Assembly (NCBI GenBank): GCA_964016885.1
Contig: OZ024751.1
Location: forward strand, 3,968,001-4,032,000
Reading direction: 5' to 3'
DNA: 64,000 bases
Source: Eledone cirrhosa
Taxonomy: Eukaryota
Below, one piece after another: positions 50,281-64,000 of this stretch. The stretch's first letter is position 1; the number at the start of each line of letters is the position of its first letter. The translations under genes were made by a program, and so were the position numbers. The notes beneath the pieces were generated by a model. The model saw only the letters and a program-made list of their open reading frames with translations. It was not told the origin of the DNA and made no database searches.

Positions 50281-53172
50281 TGGGGATGCCCTGGAAACAC
50301 GGCAAACTCTTAAACGACCTCAGGTCGCACAGTATGGATGTAATTGCCATCTGCGAGTCCAGGATCCTCAGCGAGCGACAGCTGGCTCCCATCTTCGATG
50401 ACTATGAGATCTACGCATCTCTATGTCAGCCGGGTGGTGGGGGCGGGGTTGCCGTTTTGCTGCGGAAACACCTGGGCCTCGTAACACAGACGGTACATCT
50501 GGACCCGGAGGGTCGACTGGTGGTCTTAGAGGTTGACGGTAGTAAAGGTGGAGCCTTCAGGCTAGTGGCCGCATATGCCCCATCCGGGATTCCGCGGCCA
50601 GACTTCTTCAAACGTCTAGAGACTTTTATGGGAACGTCCCGCTCCTTGCTTTTAGTGGGGGACTGGAATGGAATCCTAGATACACGTTGGGACTATGTGG
50701 GAGCATGTCCCGATAAAGGGGGGTGTAACAACCTCAAACAGTTAATCGGCCGATAGATATCGACTAGATTTTCCGACTGTGCCACTGTGGACGTGGACTA
50801 ATCGTAGCGGAACATCTAGATCGTACCTAGATAGGGTTCTAGTTAGAAATAAGGATAGAGACATGTTAAGCTGTCCACAGATGTTCATGGTTGCCTATTC
50901 AGATCACAAACTAGTGTCCTGCATGGTCAACCTTGATAGAACCCATAGACAGGGACCCGGTTACTGGAAGCTGAGCTTGTCGTTACAGACATGCAAAGCC
51001 TACAGTAGAGGGATTAGCACTTTAGTTAAACAGCACTTGACAGGCGCCATTGTCAACAACAGATGGTGGTACACTCTCAAGAGGGCAGTTAGATTAGACT
51101 CGTTAGTTTTTAGTAAAGAATTAGCTTTGGGTAGAAATAGGACCGAGAAGGAACTGGTAGATAAAGTAGAAGAGGCAATTAGAAGTGGCAACGTAGCCAG
51201 CGTGCTAGCAGCGAGAACGGCCTTGGACCAGTTCTTCGACGCAAAGCACGAGGGCTGCGTTGTCAGAAGCAAAATACGTGCTCTGGGTAACGAGGGAGCC
51301 AAAGCTGTTAGGTGGGCCCGAGTGACGGAGGCGAAAAGTGGCAACAAGTCCACGATTTGGTCTTTGAAGGACCAAGAGGGACGCGTGATACGTGAGCCGA
51401 AGCAGATGTGCGCGGCCTTTCAGCGGTACTTTGCTCAACTGTTCGGGAAGGGCGGCGCGCCGGGAGGGGCTATGGATTTCGGTCCATACCTCGACGGCCT
51501 CTCGCGACTCTCGGACAGCGAGGCGAAGTTCTGCGAAAGGCCGATTTAGGGGACGCGCTGAGCCAATGCGGCAAACACAAATCTCCAGGTCTCGACGGTC
51601 TACCCTACGAATTTTACGTAGCAATGCCGGACTTGTTCTCCGGTCTCCTGGAAGCGGTCTACTGCAACTGGCAGCAGAACGGGAGAATTCCCAGTTCTGT
51701 GACCAAGGGCGTAGTAACGTTAGTCAGGAAGGACGTGAACAAGGGGGATGACATAGGCAACTTCCGGCCCATAACTCTGCTCAACACAGAGTTACAGATT
51801 TTGGCCAAGGTGTTACAGATTTTGGCAAAGAGGCTGGCGCTTGTCGTCGAAAACCTGGTGGGAGAAGCGGAGACATGCGCAATCCCGACCAGGTCCATAC
51901 ACGACAACCTCCACCTCATGCGATACATCATAGAGAGGGTTGGGTGTAAACCCCGCTTCGGTGGGGCCCTGATCAACTTGGATCAGTCTAAGGCTTTCGA
52001 TAGGGTTGACCATCGTTACCTGGATGCGGTGCTCGAGGCGGCAGTCTTCGGACCCGTGTTCAGGGGCTTGATTGCTGCAATGCACAGCAGCAACATCTGC
52101 TCAAGGGTCAAGGTGAACGGCTACCTCTCGGAGCCGTTCCATATCACACGATCCATCCGACAGGGATGCCATCTCTCCTTCCTTCTGTACGTACTGACTC
52201 TCGAGCCACTACTGCGGAAATTGGAGCTATTGCAGGGCATCCCTCTGGAACCGGGACTACGAAAAGCGGCGTCGGCCTACGCCGACGACGTGAAAGTAAT
52301 GGTGTCGAGCACCTCGCAAATCGGGGAGATCGGCACCTTGCTGGAGGAATACGAAAGGTTCACAGGAGCGAAGCTGAACCGGGACAAATCAGTCGGTTTG
52401 CAACTCGGAACGTGGAGAAGCAAACCGATGCCTTCCGATGGCGTCGTCGGACGCTGGACGGAAGGACCGGTAAAGCTGCTCGGGGTCTGGTTTGGTCCGG
52501 ACCTCCAGGTGTTTGCGTTCACCCAGAAGTGGGCCGAGTGCAAGCTATCCTTGAAAGGTCGAGCGGAGGTGGCGAACACTTTTATAGCGTCCGTCATCTA
52601 CTACCGCTTGACCGTCGTGCCTTGTCCAGCCAAAACGCTCACCAAAATGGAGCGCGCGCTCTTCCAATTTCTTTGGAAGAAACGGGCTCCTTTGGTGAGA
52701 AGATCCATCTGCTGCCAACACCCTTCAAACGGAGGGGTGGGGATGCCGTGGCTGAGGATGCGCAAACACGCGCTCTGCCTGCAGCACCTCCACGTATTCC
52801 TCACCAGACAACCTGTGTGGGCCCCGTTCGTGAGGCGAGCCTTCCCATGACTCGTCTCTCTGACCGAGCTGCAGTCCTGGGTCAAGCAAAGACGGAGTAA
52901 AATGGGCGACTGGCACATCGAATGTGCTCAGGCGCTCACAGTCCTCTGGCAAACGGACCCGGCGATCAGTGGAGACTCCACTTCGACATTCTATAGAGGG
53001 TTGGTCCGCAACAAGTGCGACGACACGCTCGGAGAAACTCTAGGCCTAGAGGACGACGAACTGGCCAGTCTTTTCGGTAGGCCCTTCTGCCCGAGACCAA
53101 TGGACAACTTCCAAAAGTCCCTGGCCTGGCAGTGCTACCGAGGAGCTCTACCAGTTCGAGACAAGCTTTATA
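50281..53172 (+). mobile_element. Tx1-clade ORF2 (divergent family), frameshifted and truncated at both ends
   Basis: VGDWN, SYLDR, YSDH, NFRPITLLN, DQSKAFDRV, YADD across ORFs 50133-53381. Confidence 0.93.
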
Positions 53173-53174
53173 CC

Positions 53175-53427
53175 ATAAACGTGGTTTTTGTCTTTGCGTG
53201 TAATTGTTTTTCTCCGCTCCAAATAATGACGTATTATATTCGTTTTTTCCCGTTCTTTGCCAGGGAACGTTTCCACGAACCAAAGTATCGTCTTCCTGTC
53301 TTCCTCCGGTTGCAACGTTTTTTGAAATATTTACTTCTGCGTTCACAGATTGACTTTGTTAGTTTCAGAAGATCCCGTTAAGGGTGAAAGCAGCGATTCT
53401 TTGCTTAAACTCTAATCTGTTATTTTA

Positions 53428-53435
<8 letters not shown>
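53175..53435 (+). mobile_element. pLTR-like unit with variant hammerhead at 53361-53411
   Basis: Matches 20303-20475; ends in (TA)n. Confidence 0.6.
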
Positions 53436-53509
<74 letters not shown>

Positions 53510-53513
<4 letters not shown>

Positions 53514-53952
53514 ATACTTTGGGAGGGTCATGTTGCCAATAAGAAACACACGCACCAGTTGCTTTCACTTCAATTTATTATAATAAATTTATAAATTTAG
53601 GAATTTATAAATTTCTGGTTGGTTGGCTGGTTCCACAACCAGATAGTTGTTTATATATTGTCCAAGTTCTTTCGTCACACATTCTGTGACCTCTTCAGTG
53701 ACTGAGGATTCTTTTCTTTGTTTTTGTGCATCTCCTTTGTTCTGTCCTACGCCATTTTGTTTCTGTGTGTGTGTTGTGTGCTCAGTCTGCGCATGCGCCA
53801 CATCCGGGTGTCTGTGTCTGTGACGATAGCTAATAAGCTTGAAACTAGTACAGCGTTCCTTTGTCAGTGTTGAACAAATGAGCAACGGTGGTTGCTAGAC
53901 ACTACGGCTTAATTCGGGATGTTTGTTTACAAACACACCGAGCATTATAATA
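53510..53952 (-). mobile_element. Probable solo LTR
   Basis: TGTTATA...TATAATA imperfect inverted ends, AATAAA about 65 bp from the minus-strand 3' end; same terminus recurs at 45323-45370. Confidence 0.45.
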
Positions 53953-54109
53953 AATGTTCGGTGAATCCATACGTACATATATATGTATGTATATATATAT
54001 ATACATACTACTGTACGTCTGTATACATATATGTTTGTACGTATACATACTTATATTTAAGTAACAGCCGTACTAAGAGTGAGAAATGAAATTTTGTTTC
54101 ATTTTTTCC

Positions 54110-54165
<56 letters not shown>

Positions 54166-54167
<2 letters not shown>

Positions 54168-54308
54168 TGAGAGCAGACTTCAGATCGCTGAAATTCACTG
54201 AGGAGACGACGAAGGACCGTGACAAGTGGAGAGATGCTGTGCTGAATAGGACCCATCCAACCGTTGCGAGCAGGGAGAAGCGGACGTAAAATGATGATGA
54301 TGATGATT
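54166..54308 (+). mobile_element. RTE 3' terminal fragment
   Basis: VRADF..KDRDKWRDAV, gcggacgtaaa-(ATG)n. Confidence 0.7.
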
Positions 54309-54412
54309 TGTATATTCCTCCCGTTTGACCTGTGTGAAATCCTTTTCTTGCTCACATCTCACCCAGGTCGGATGGTCTGTATCTCTCGTCCCTGATTTCT
54401 CCAAGTTTAAGT

Positions 54413-55601
54413 TTATAGATATCATGTACTTGTCTCTTCCTATCTTTCCGTTGCAATATCATCTTTGTTTGTTTACATGTTTCGCTCGCTTCACCCTATT
54501 TTACTTGTCCCAATAACTGTATTTAGTTATTGCTCGCACCAACCAGAGGTATATGATTTTTAAAGCGATGAAATACCAATGAAGGTTGGAAGATCACTGA
54601 TGAAGGACTAATTTTATTCATATATATATGTGTGTGTGTATGTATATATATATACATACAAACATATACATATATCCACATTCATCAAATTACCTCCACA
54701 ACCAGTTACACCACCATCCCCACCACCACTATCACCACCCCCATCATCATCTTTATTAGCACCTATTGATTTTTTTTCCAGTCTAATACAGCCACCTTCT
54801 TCAATTATCTGTGTTCTGGTAGGCACTACACATGCATACATATACACACATACATAGATATGCACACATACATACTTATATACACATACACATACATACA
54901 TACACACACAGACACAAACACATGCATACATACACATACATACAGTCAACGCGATCAGTCGCATATTTTGGCGTGGGAGACTATTTATTAAATTTAAGAT
55001 GTAATGCCACAACTACAGTCATGTTGAATAACTGGTTATTCTTCTAACTATATCTTCTGAATACATCTTTTATTCGAATTCGTAGAGATATCCGACTAAA
55101 TACATAATTCATTTTACAAGGATTTGAACACAACATCAACAACATGTTAAGCTTATAGATATCATGTACTTGTCTCTTCCTATCTTTCCGTTGCAATACC
55201 ATCTGTTTGTTTACATGTCTCGCTCGCTTCACCCTATTTTACTTGTCCCAAATAACTGTATTTAGTTATTGCTCGCACCAACCAGAGGTATATGATTTTC
55301 AAAGCGATGAAATACCAATGAAGGTTGGAAGATCACTGATGAAGGACTAATTTTATTCATATATACAGTCAACGCGATCAGTTGCATATTTTGGCGTGGG
55401 AGACTATTTATTAAATTTAAGATGAATACTATCTCCGACAGTAATGCCATAACTACAGTCATGTTGAATAACTGGTTATTCTTCTAACTATATCTTCTGA
55501 AGACACCTTTTATTCGAATTCGTAGAGATATCCGACTAAATACATAATTCATTTTACAAGGATTTGCTACAAACAGCATGGCTGAACACAACATCAACAA
55601 C
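54413..55601 (+). repeat. Tandem duplication of the about 430-bp leader of the downstream LINE
   Basis: Units 54413-55143 (with insert about 54623-54940) and 55153-55601. Confidence 0.85.
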
Positions 55602-58600
55602 AAAATTAAGGAAGTACCGAAGACAAATAACAAGGAAGGTAAACAAACTTTATTCAGTTGTAGCTACAGAAGAAACCGAAATTATAAATCGCATTTCTCT
55701 TGGAGTTGTGAACTTAATAATGATTTATTTAATTGTTATAAAATGGCAAAAAACAATCCCTCCATTGGCTATATGAACAGAATGAAGCTTCACTGGGACG
55801 AAATGCACCCAGAGCTAAATTATTTCACAGCGAAACAATTACGCCAACAAGCGACGTTTGTTGAACGTAAAAATAAGATAAATATTATTAATTGTAAGTC
55901 TCCCACAACAAACATGTTATCAACAACACGTGCTACAGGTCGCCATACTACTAAACTTCCTAGCAGCCAGGTCGAACAGCGCCTTGAAACAACTATGCCT
56001 GTAAGAAACTTGACACCACGTGTACCATCTAAGTCTACCTCGAATGCTGGGGAAAACACTATCGATAATAATAATAATCGAAGAAATTTGTCACCACGTG
56101 TACCATCCGAGTCTACCTAGACTGTTGTGGAAAATACTATCGATAATGATACTTTTAGGCACAATGCCAGCAAATTACCCAGTGCATTACTGGTACTTTA
56201 TTTTATCGATAATAATCAAAGGTATAAACAATTGAAATTTTCATTCAACGAAATCTTTCAGAGAGAAATTAATTCATATATAAACATTTCTCTTGCTGAA
56301 CGTATTAAAACGACAATGTTTAATAAAAAAAAAAAAATAATGAAATATTACGTGTTATTGACGAAATAGGGGATGAATATTTACGACGGATAAAAACCCC
56401 AACATTTAGGCAAATCAACGCCTGTTTATATGCCCAAGTAACGACAGTGAAGCATTATCTTGGTGATAGCAGAGATATTAACAAGAACAGAAGACCACCA
56501 AAAATACCATCATATATAACTAAAATAGAAAAAAAGATTGCTGATCTACGAAAAAACATGAAACAAACACAAAAAAACCTCACTTCTCACCAACAAAGAG
56601 TGAAAAATAAAATAGAGATGATGTTTGGTAACAGTAGAACCAGAACTCTCCAATATAAGCTGATCACCCTCAAACAAGAATTGAGAGCTGTTAGCGAAAA
56701 ACGCCGATACCTGAAGAAGGTAGATGAGAGAAAAGTGCTTAATAAAAGATTCAGACGAAACCAAACATCAGTCTATAGAGATATGAAGGGCAAAATAATA
56801 AGTGTCACTGAGGCCCCATCCCAGAAAGACAGATTCCTTTTGGAGCAAAATATGGGGTGAAAAGAAGAATTTCAACCAAGATGCAGTGTGTCTAAGAGAA
56901 ATCCTACACTACAACAAAAACATACGAAATAAGTGAGGGTACCCTTGAGACTGTAATAGGAAAACTCCAAGATAAGAAAACACCAGGAAGAGACATGATT
57001 GTCGGCTACTGGTACAAAAAACTGATATTCTATCGGAGGTATCTTAGTGACCTCTACCAACAAGTTCTTAAGGGAGATACACTTATACCAGAATGGTTAA
57101 CATTAGCACAAACATTACAGGTCCGCAAGAACAAAGACACCCACTTGGCAAAAAACTACCAACCCATTGCATGCCAGAACCTGATGTATAAGATGTATAC
57201 AGCCTGCCTGAACCTATTCCTCCAAGATCACTGTGAAAATAATAACATCATCACAGATGAACAAGCAGCTGGAAAGAAAGGGGTTTGGGGATGTGCTGAA
57301 CAACTAACCAACAAAACTGCGATGTCGGAGGTGCGACAACTTAGGAGGAATATGGCTACAATCTGGCTGGACTACAGGAAAGCTTTCGATTCTGTTCACC
57401 ACTCTTGGATGATAGAGGTCCCCCAACTTGCTAAAGTTCCAGACATTATTGTCAGAGCCATAGAGAGGCTGTCTTCTTCTTGGGCTACTATCCTAAGGTT
57501 AAAGACAGAGAGGGAGGACTCCATTTTCACTGCAATATTTTATTCAAAAATAAAATATTGCAGGGGTATATTTCAGGGGGACAGTCTCTCTGCGATATTA
57601 TTCATCTTGTCATTAAACCCCTTGTCCTTTCTGCTCAAGAAATGTGAGGGATACATCATTGGCTCACAGGAGGACAGAAATACGAACCTAACCCATAATT
57701 TCTTTGTGGACGATCTGAAACTCTATGCCAAGAACATGGATGGGATGAAGAAAAATCTTGACCTGGTTACAACGTTCTCAAAGGATATAGGAATGGAGTT
57801 TGGCCAAGATAAATGCTCATACATGACTGTAAAGCGGGGAAAAACAACAACCCAATCTAGCAACATTGTCATCAATGGCCTAACTGTTTCACCGATATCT
57901 GATGAGGACTGCTACAGATGCCTGGCGATAGATGAGAACATATCATCATCATCATCATTTCATCATCATTTCATTTTTACGTCCGCTTTTTCCCTGCTTG
58001 CAAGGGTGGGACGGGAACTGATGCTGGCTTGATTTCTACAGCTGGATACCCTTCCTAACACCAACCTCATTTACAGTGAGTGCTAGGTGCTTTTTTGCCG
58101 TGGCACCTCCACGACCACTTTACAGTGGAATGATAGGGACCCCAGTCCCTATCATCTCATTTCTACAGCTGAGTAAACTGGAGCAATGTGAAATAAAGTC
58201 TCTTGCTCAAGGAAACAACACATCACCCAGTCTGAGAATTGAACTCACAACCTTTCAATTGCAAGGCCAATGCTCTAACCACTAAGCCATGTGCCTCCAT
58301 AATGCATCCTATAATGGTATCTGTAATAAAGAATGCGTAACCAGGGAATACTACACCCGATTAAGAAAGATCTGGTCATCGGAACTCTCTGCGCAAAACA
58401 AAACAGTGGCTCACAATGTGTTTGCTGTGCCTGTCCTAACACCAACGTTTGGAATACTCAATTGGACGATAGACGAAATCCGAGCAGTTAATATTGGAAC
58501 TCGAAAAATACTAAACAACACCGGAAACTTCCACATCAACAGTGACATAGACCACCTTTACTTGAAACGTAAGCAGGGAGGCAGAGGCCTAACATCAGTC

Positions 58601-59858
58601 CAGACAACATTTGAATGTCGCATCATATCTCTCCGACAACATCTACGAACCTCGAAGGAGCCCGTTGCTCGAGCAAGTCTATCTGCATGAAACAGATAAG
58701 ATCATGAGAGTTGGGAAGGAACTCCTCGAGAGATATTCCCTGTGTGATAATCAAAAACTCACAACCAGGGATGTCACTCAGCAGTATTGCAGTGAATCCA
58801 TGGATGAAAAACTGCATGCTTATCAGCAAAAAATCGTGCATGGATATGTTGCCAGGAAGCTCCAGAGTGAGAGTAATATAGATAAGGAAAATAGTCTATC
58901 CTGTACCAACAACCGCTATATTGGCTCCCACTTTGAAGGATACGCTTTTGCAATCCAAGAACAGGAGATTAACACGAAATACCTGATTCACAAAAGAGAT
59001 AGGGATGCAGGCAAAACACCTAGATGTGATAACAAGTGCAGACTCTGCAGAACTAACATCGAGGATATCACCCATGTCATCAGCAGCTGTCCAAAGATGT
59101 CATCGCTGTACTTTCTACATATGAGGCATGATGTAGTGGCCAAAACACTGTACAATGTAGTTCGTAAAAAAGATAGCCCCGATAATAAACACATTAAAAG
59201 CTACAGCAATGTGGAAGACATCCATGTACATAATATGAAAGAGTACTGGTGGAATGTTCCAGTAAAAACCCCAATAAAATGCAGGCATAACAGACCAGAT
59301 ATTATGATATGGGACAGGGAGAAGAAAGCATGCACAGTAGTGGAAATTAGCTGCCCAGCAGATGCCAATATAATATCAAAGATTAGTGAAAAGGAGAATA
59401 TTTATGCAGAACTGATGAGAAATCTGCAGATACGCCACCCTGATTACACCTTCAGATTTATGCCTGTGATTATTGGGGCACTTGGGTAAGTTAGTAACTG
59501 CTTCAATATAAATCTTGAGAAGCTAGGCTTCACATGAACAAAAAGAACACAACTAGTTAGGAAATTACAAGTACCATACATTAATGGAACAGTAAAAATA
59601 TGTAAAACATTCCAAAAATGTTGCATCTAATAACTGCATATACACATGTACAGATGCAAAGTATATACACATGCACACATACAACTCAAAACATACACAT
59701 CCACACATACAATAACATCCATATCTACGCATGCATGCATACATAGATATCTACCTAGTTGATGTGTAAATTCCAATGTGAGAGTTTTGTGTCTATGTTA
59801 GAAACCCAACTCTCTCTCTATTGGTAAAACTTTGTGAAATTATAAAACCAGAAGAACA
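55153..59858 (+). mobile_element. RLE-type LINE family C (R4-related), decayed, interrupted by a SINE
   Basis: NYQPIACQN, QGDSLSAILF, FVDDLK, CRLC..HVISSC, RPDIMI..EISCP..EKENIY; no (AAT)n tail. Confidence 0.9.
57942..58298 (-). mobile_element. CORE-like SINE with RTE-derived tail (family S2)
   Basis: tRNA-like head; tail matches RTE 3' UTR 17937-18045; splits the LINE ORF at ENIS|YNG. Confidence 0.85.
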
Positions 59859-59860
59859 CG

Positions 59861-60660
59861 CTAACGGCGACATTGGAGAGAATAAAGGTTGAGCTTTTCT
59901 AGTCGACTCCAATAGTCAAGGCCTGTCATGCCATCTATCTTTTTTGTAAGAGGTGCTTCAACTTTCATGATACTTTGTTTCATGTGGAGAGACCACAGTG
60001 GACAACAGTATTCAAGGTGGGGTCGGGCAAAAGTGGAAAAGAGAAGGATAACAGTAAACAGTGTGGATATCTCTCGACTGGAAGGTTCTGAGAATCCAGC
60101 AACACATTCTGCGGGCCATGTCAACTTTGCTATTTATATGAATGGTCCAGCTTATGTTGTTGTCCACAATTACTTCCAAGTCTCTGATGTTGTTGGATGC
60201 CACGAGAGTTTCACCTGAAGGAAGAGAGTATGGGAGTTTCAGGGCATCCTCTTTTCCAAAGTGGATTAACTCAAATTTATCCTCATTCAGCAGCATATTG
60301 TTCTTTTCCGCCCATTGGATAACAGCCAGTAGATCTGACTGAAGGCAAGTCCGGTCACCCACCTCATTGATGACCTTCTGGAGCTTGGAACCATCTATAA
60401 AGATTTTTATGTTGCTGTGCTTGATAATGTCAGTAATGTCATTAATGTAGATGATGAAAAGAAGTGGGCCCAACACTGTGCCTTGCGGAATGCCACTGCT
60501 GACTTTGGCTGGGCTTGATTTTACTCCTTCGTCTACAACATGTTGGGCTCTGTCTGTCAGGAAACACTTGATCCACTGTAGTAACTTTCCAGAGACACCA
60601 ATATTGGATAGTTTTTTCAATAGAATTGTATGATCAAACCTGTCAAAGGCCTTGCTGAAA
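59861..60660 (-). mobile_element. CR1-group LINE RT fragment
   Basis: FSKAFDR, SGIPQGTVLGPLLFIIYIND, RPHLEYCCPLWS. Confidence 0.9.
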
Positions 60661-60676
60661 TATATATATATATGTA

Positions 60677-61010
60677 TGTAAAAGGTAAACATAAATAACA
60701 ACACAATCACTACAATATATGGAAGGGATATATTACGTTAACGCTTGATATAGTAGGAAGAGAGTGTTAACGTTTCGGATGCTAGTCCTTCATCAGAAGA
60801 AAGAATGAGAAATAAGATAGATTGAGGGGACGGGCGGGGTGGAATTGAAAAAAAAAATTCTTTAGATAAAAATAACAGGTCCATTCGTGTTGACATCTCT
60901 TGCAAAATTGTTGGTGCTGGCGTTTTGTGTATGATTTATTTTTTATAAAAGTGGATGATGGAGCGCATCTACCTGAAATGGAAGAAAAACCGTTTTGTAA
61001 AAAGAGCTAT
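60677..61010 (-). mobile_element. pLTR-like unit with minimal hammerhead core at 60768-60796
   Basis: Paralog of 25935-26160. Confidence 0.65.
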
Positions 61011-61262
61011 ACTTGTGCATGTGTGTGTATTATTATAAGTCCATACGAAGCTAAGAGGAAATATATGTGTATGTGTATATATATATATACACAAACCCAT
61101 GCAAGCGTGGAAGATGGACGTTAAACGATCATGATGATACACATTATCTTAGAAATATATTATATATATATATATATATAGATATATAGATGTAGAGGTG
61201 CACGTTAATTACATCCGTAGGCGGTATGCCCGGTGAGCACTCGATGCTTTTGCAGAGCAGAG

Positions 61263-61495
61263 TATTAGAATAAAGGAATAAAGAATCAGTGTTGCATCAT
61301 AACATATTTAATAACATATTACATATGTACAGAGACAAGCTTGCATATTGAAGCATATCTGAGAATCTTACGGCTCCAGAGTCAGGTTCGATCAATAATA
61401 GATTGTCCCTCGAGCTGATTGACAGTGAAACTTATGTAATATGTTATTAAATATGTTATGATGCAATACTGATTCTTTGTTCCCTTATTCTAATA
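61263..61495 (+). repeat. Fold-back unit with 63-bp inverted arms and degenerate hammerhead
   Basis: Arms 61263-61325 and 61433-61495; catat-CTGAGAA..GAAA-cttatg-TA-atatg. Confidence 0.7.
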
Positions 61496-61544
61496 TATAT
61501 ATATACCGATTCATATGGATCTACATATATGTATGTATATATAT

Positions 61545-61780
61545 ATCATCATCATTTTACGCCTGCTTTTCCCTGCTTGCAAGGGTGGGACGGGAACTGA
61601 TTCTGGCCTGATTCTACAGCTGGATGCCCTTCCTAACACCAACCTCATTTACAGTGAGTGCTGTTGGGTGCTTTTTTACCGTGGCACCTCCACGACCACT
61701 TTACAGTGGAATGATAGGGACTGAGTAAACTGGAGCAATGGGAAATAAAGTGTCTTGCTCAAGGAAACAACACATCACCC
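61545..61780 (-). mobile_element. S2 SINE, 5'-truncated
   Basis: Matches 57970-58228. Confidence 0.8.
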
Positions 61781-61796
61781 GATATATATATATATA

Positions 61797-64000
61797 AAAC
61801 ACAAGTAAGCATTAAGAGGAGGATTCTATCCAGGTTTACGACTGTTTCATTGGTAAGTGCAACCTTATATTGTTATACTGCAAGTAGCAGCCACTCAATG
61901 ATAATTGTTGTTGTCCAAATGTCCAAATTTTCAAAATAGTGAGTAAGTTACTCTTGAAATAGTTCTTAATATATAGAGAAAAACATTTATTTGGAATTGT
62001 ATTTACTAGTATAGAGAGAGAGGAAGAGGAATTAGAAAGTGAAGGGACAAACGGAATAGTATAGAGAGAGAGGAAGGGGAAGAAGAGTTAGGAAGTAGAG
62101 TGACAAACTGAGATGGAGTGAGGGGTAGAGGTGGAAGGATTCTTTGATTAGTTTTGATATGTAGACTTCATGTGGGTGATTGTAGTGAGTTAAAGAGAAT
62201 TAAATTGATCATAGTGGGAGGGATGGAGAGAGAGGGGGGGAGAGATAAAGATATATATATATATATAAAATAAAGATAAAAATAATAATGATAAAAATAA
62301 AAGTAAAGAAGGGGGGGGGGGAGAAAGAAGAAAAGAAAAGATAGCCCAAAAGGGGAAGGAAGAAAGGAAGAAAACGAAAAGAAATAGAAGAGGAATGAAG
62401 GAGAAGGGAGGGATATAGGTATTGGTTTTTGTGGGTAATTAAAGGGGTTAGATACAATGAGAGGGTATAAAGTCTAAGTATATGCAGTTTGTCAGTTGGT
62501 AGTAAGAGCTTAAGGGTTCGATTTGCACTTGTAGTGCGAAAACTTTTCTATGGTTACAATAAATTGATCTTTCGATTTTATTGTTGAGTAACTTATTCTT
62601 CGAACTCAAAATGTGGAACAGCTCAAGGTCACATAATCGACAGCTTCTCATACCACTCTGATATGGGGGCGCGTTTGATAATTTTTTCCACTTCAGGGTG
62701 TATTGATGGTTACTTTCCCTCAGTTGCCAGGTCTTGTTTGCAAGGGTAGTTACATAACGATGCTGGGAATGTTTCATTGCGTAACGGTGTGTATACCAAC
62801 AGGCTTTAAATGTATTTCCAGTTGCTCCGATGTAATACCATTTCTGGTTGTCTGATTCCACTGTGCATTGGTAAACCAGGTTAGACTGCATACATTCATT
62901 ATGTAATGGACAGGTTTCAGGTCGGTGGCAGTTACAATTCTTGTCATGGGCAACTTTGGCATTATTGGTGGGCTGCGATGCCTGTACAGGTGTGTTACAT
63001 TTTGTTTGCCTATTAGTGGGTGGTTGTGTATTAGATATTCTGTTGTGTTCAATGGTGATTGTATTGTTATTGTTATAAATTTGTGTTCTGGTGTTGTTAT
63101 GTATCTTTTTAGCGTTAAGCATCTTAATGTGTGCCTCTATATTTGGTGCCGTGGAGTAAGATAGTCTAATAGATTTAGTGTTAAGGATTTTGCTGTATCT
63201 ATGTGAATCTGGAAAGTGTTTATTTATTATTCTAAAGAAGGTAGAGGGTAGGTTAGTACTAAGAGAGGTGTTAAATATGGGGTTATACCAAATATATTTT
63301 CTACTGCGTGACTTGTTTGATTTCGATGTATTTCTATTTACCGTATAATTTATAGTTCTATGCGTAAATGTGTGTGTGCGTGTTTCTGGAGTTTGTGTTA
63401 TGCGTGTTAGTGTGCGCTTTGCGGAGGCTTTCATCTATATATTCTACTCTATCTAAGTGGCCTGCCTTGTCTAGTGCAGTATTGTAGTATTCTGCATGTT
63501 CCTCGAAGATTTGTCGGTTAGACGAGAGGCGAGAGATCCTAAGGGATATGCTGCGTGGAATGGATTTAATTATGGATAGAGGGTGGTTTGAGTTACAGTT
63601 GATGTATGCTAAGTTTTCATTAATCTTGTGAAAAGGTCTTATTTAGGTTAAGCATCGCGTCTAGAAAGTTAACTGTTTTAGTGCTATACTCATACGTTAT
63701 GCTAAGGCCTAGTTTCCCTAGAGTCTTTCTAATATTCTTACGGAGTCTTTCTATGCTCTGGTTATTTAGGTTCTTAACTAGAAGAAGGGCGTTGTCTCTG
63801 TAGATTCCTCCGTGAAGGTCGCTAAACTCACTCTGTAAACTATGGACTATGTAAATACCTACTAAATCTGTGACTTGAGCTGAGTCGTTAGCCCCCATCG
63901 TGATGTCAAAGTTATTTAATCTATCCTTACATTCCCAATAGGTGTTTTCAAATTTAATTATTGTTTTCCTAGCAGCTAATATAATTTTTATCTCGTCGTC
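61797..64000 (-). mobile_element. Penelope-like element (RT C-half plus GIY-YIG plus 3' region), runs off the window
   Basis: MGANDSAQVTDLVG, IYRDN (YRDD), NFLD; CNC..CPL..NLVYQCTV..YYIGATGNTFK..CRLC. Confidence 0.9.

Noticed and set aside
57899-57925. CTGATGA matches at 57899, 2910, 6337, 8598 and 12566
   Set aside because: No properly placed stem II, GAAA and stem I; chance or coding matches
61835-61940. Hammerhead in the 3' region of the second Penelope element
   Set aside because: GAAACAGTCGTA half is present on the minus strand but the CUGANGA half is too degenerate to call

Overview
AT-rich, microsatellite-saturated animal DNA. The repeat repertoire suggests a cephalopod such as Octopus, but this is inference. 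I find only one convincing host-gene exon: the first coding exon of a STARD10/PCTP-like START-domain gene on the minus strand (46751-46906). No exon 2 was visible downstream, so most of 1-46750 may be one very large intron. The rest is retroelements and their debris: a near-full-length Tx1/L1-clade LINE plus fragments, several R4/Dong-like RLE LINEs, RTE LINEs and derivatives, CR1, two Penelope-like (GIY-YIG) elements, maT and mariner relics, SINEs and a probable solo LTR. Three patterns stand out. (1) About 20 type I hammerhead ribozyme motifs, roughly half with intact cores, including four tandem minus-strand hammerheads plus one inverted copy within about 1 kb (44136-45140), in sense with the host pre-mRNA. 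(2) A recurring fold-back architecture of small hammerhead-bearing units inserted in (TA)n. (3) A 15-kb array of five LINEs stacked in one (AAT)n microsatellite with a strict clade-specific orientation, mirrored by a second cluster at 6.6-10.9 kb. Coordinates were read by eye. Ribozyme activity is predicted, not shown.
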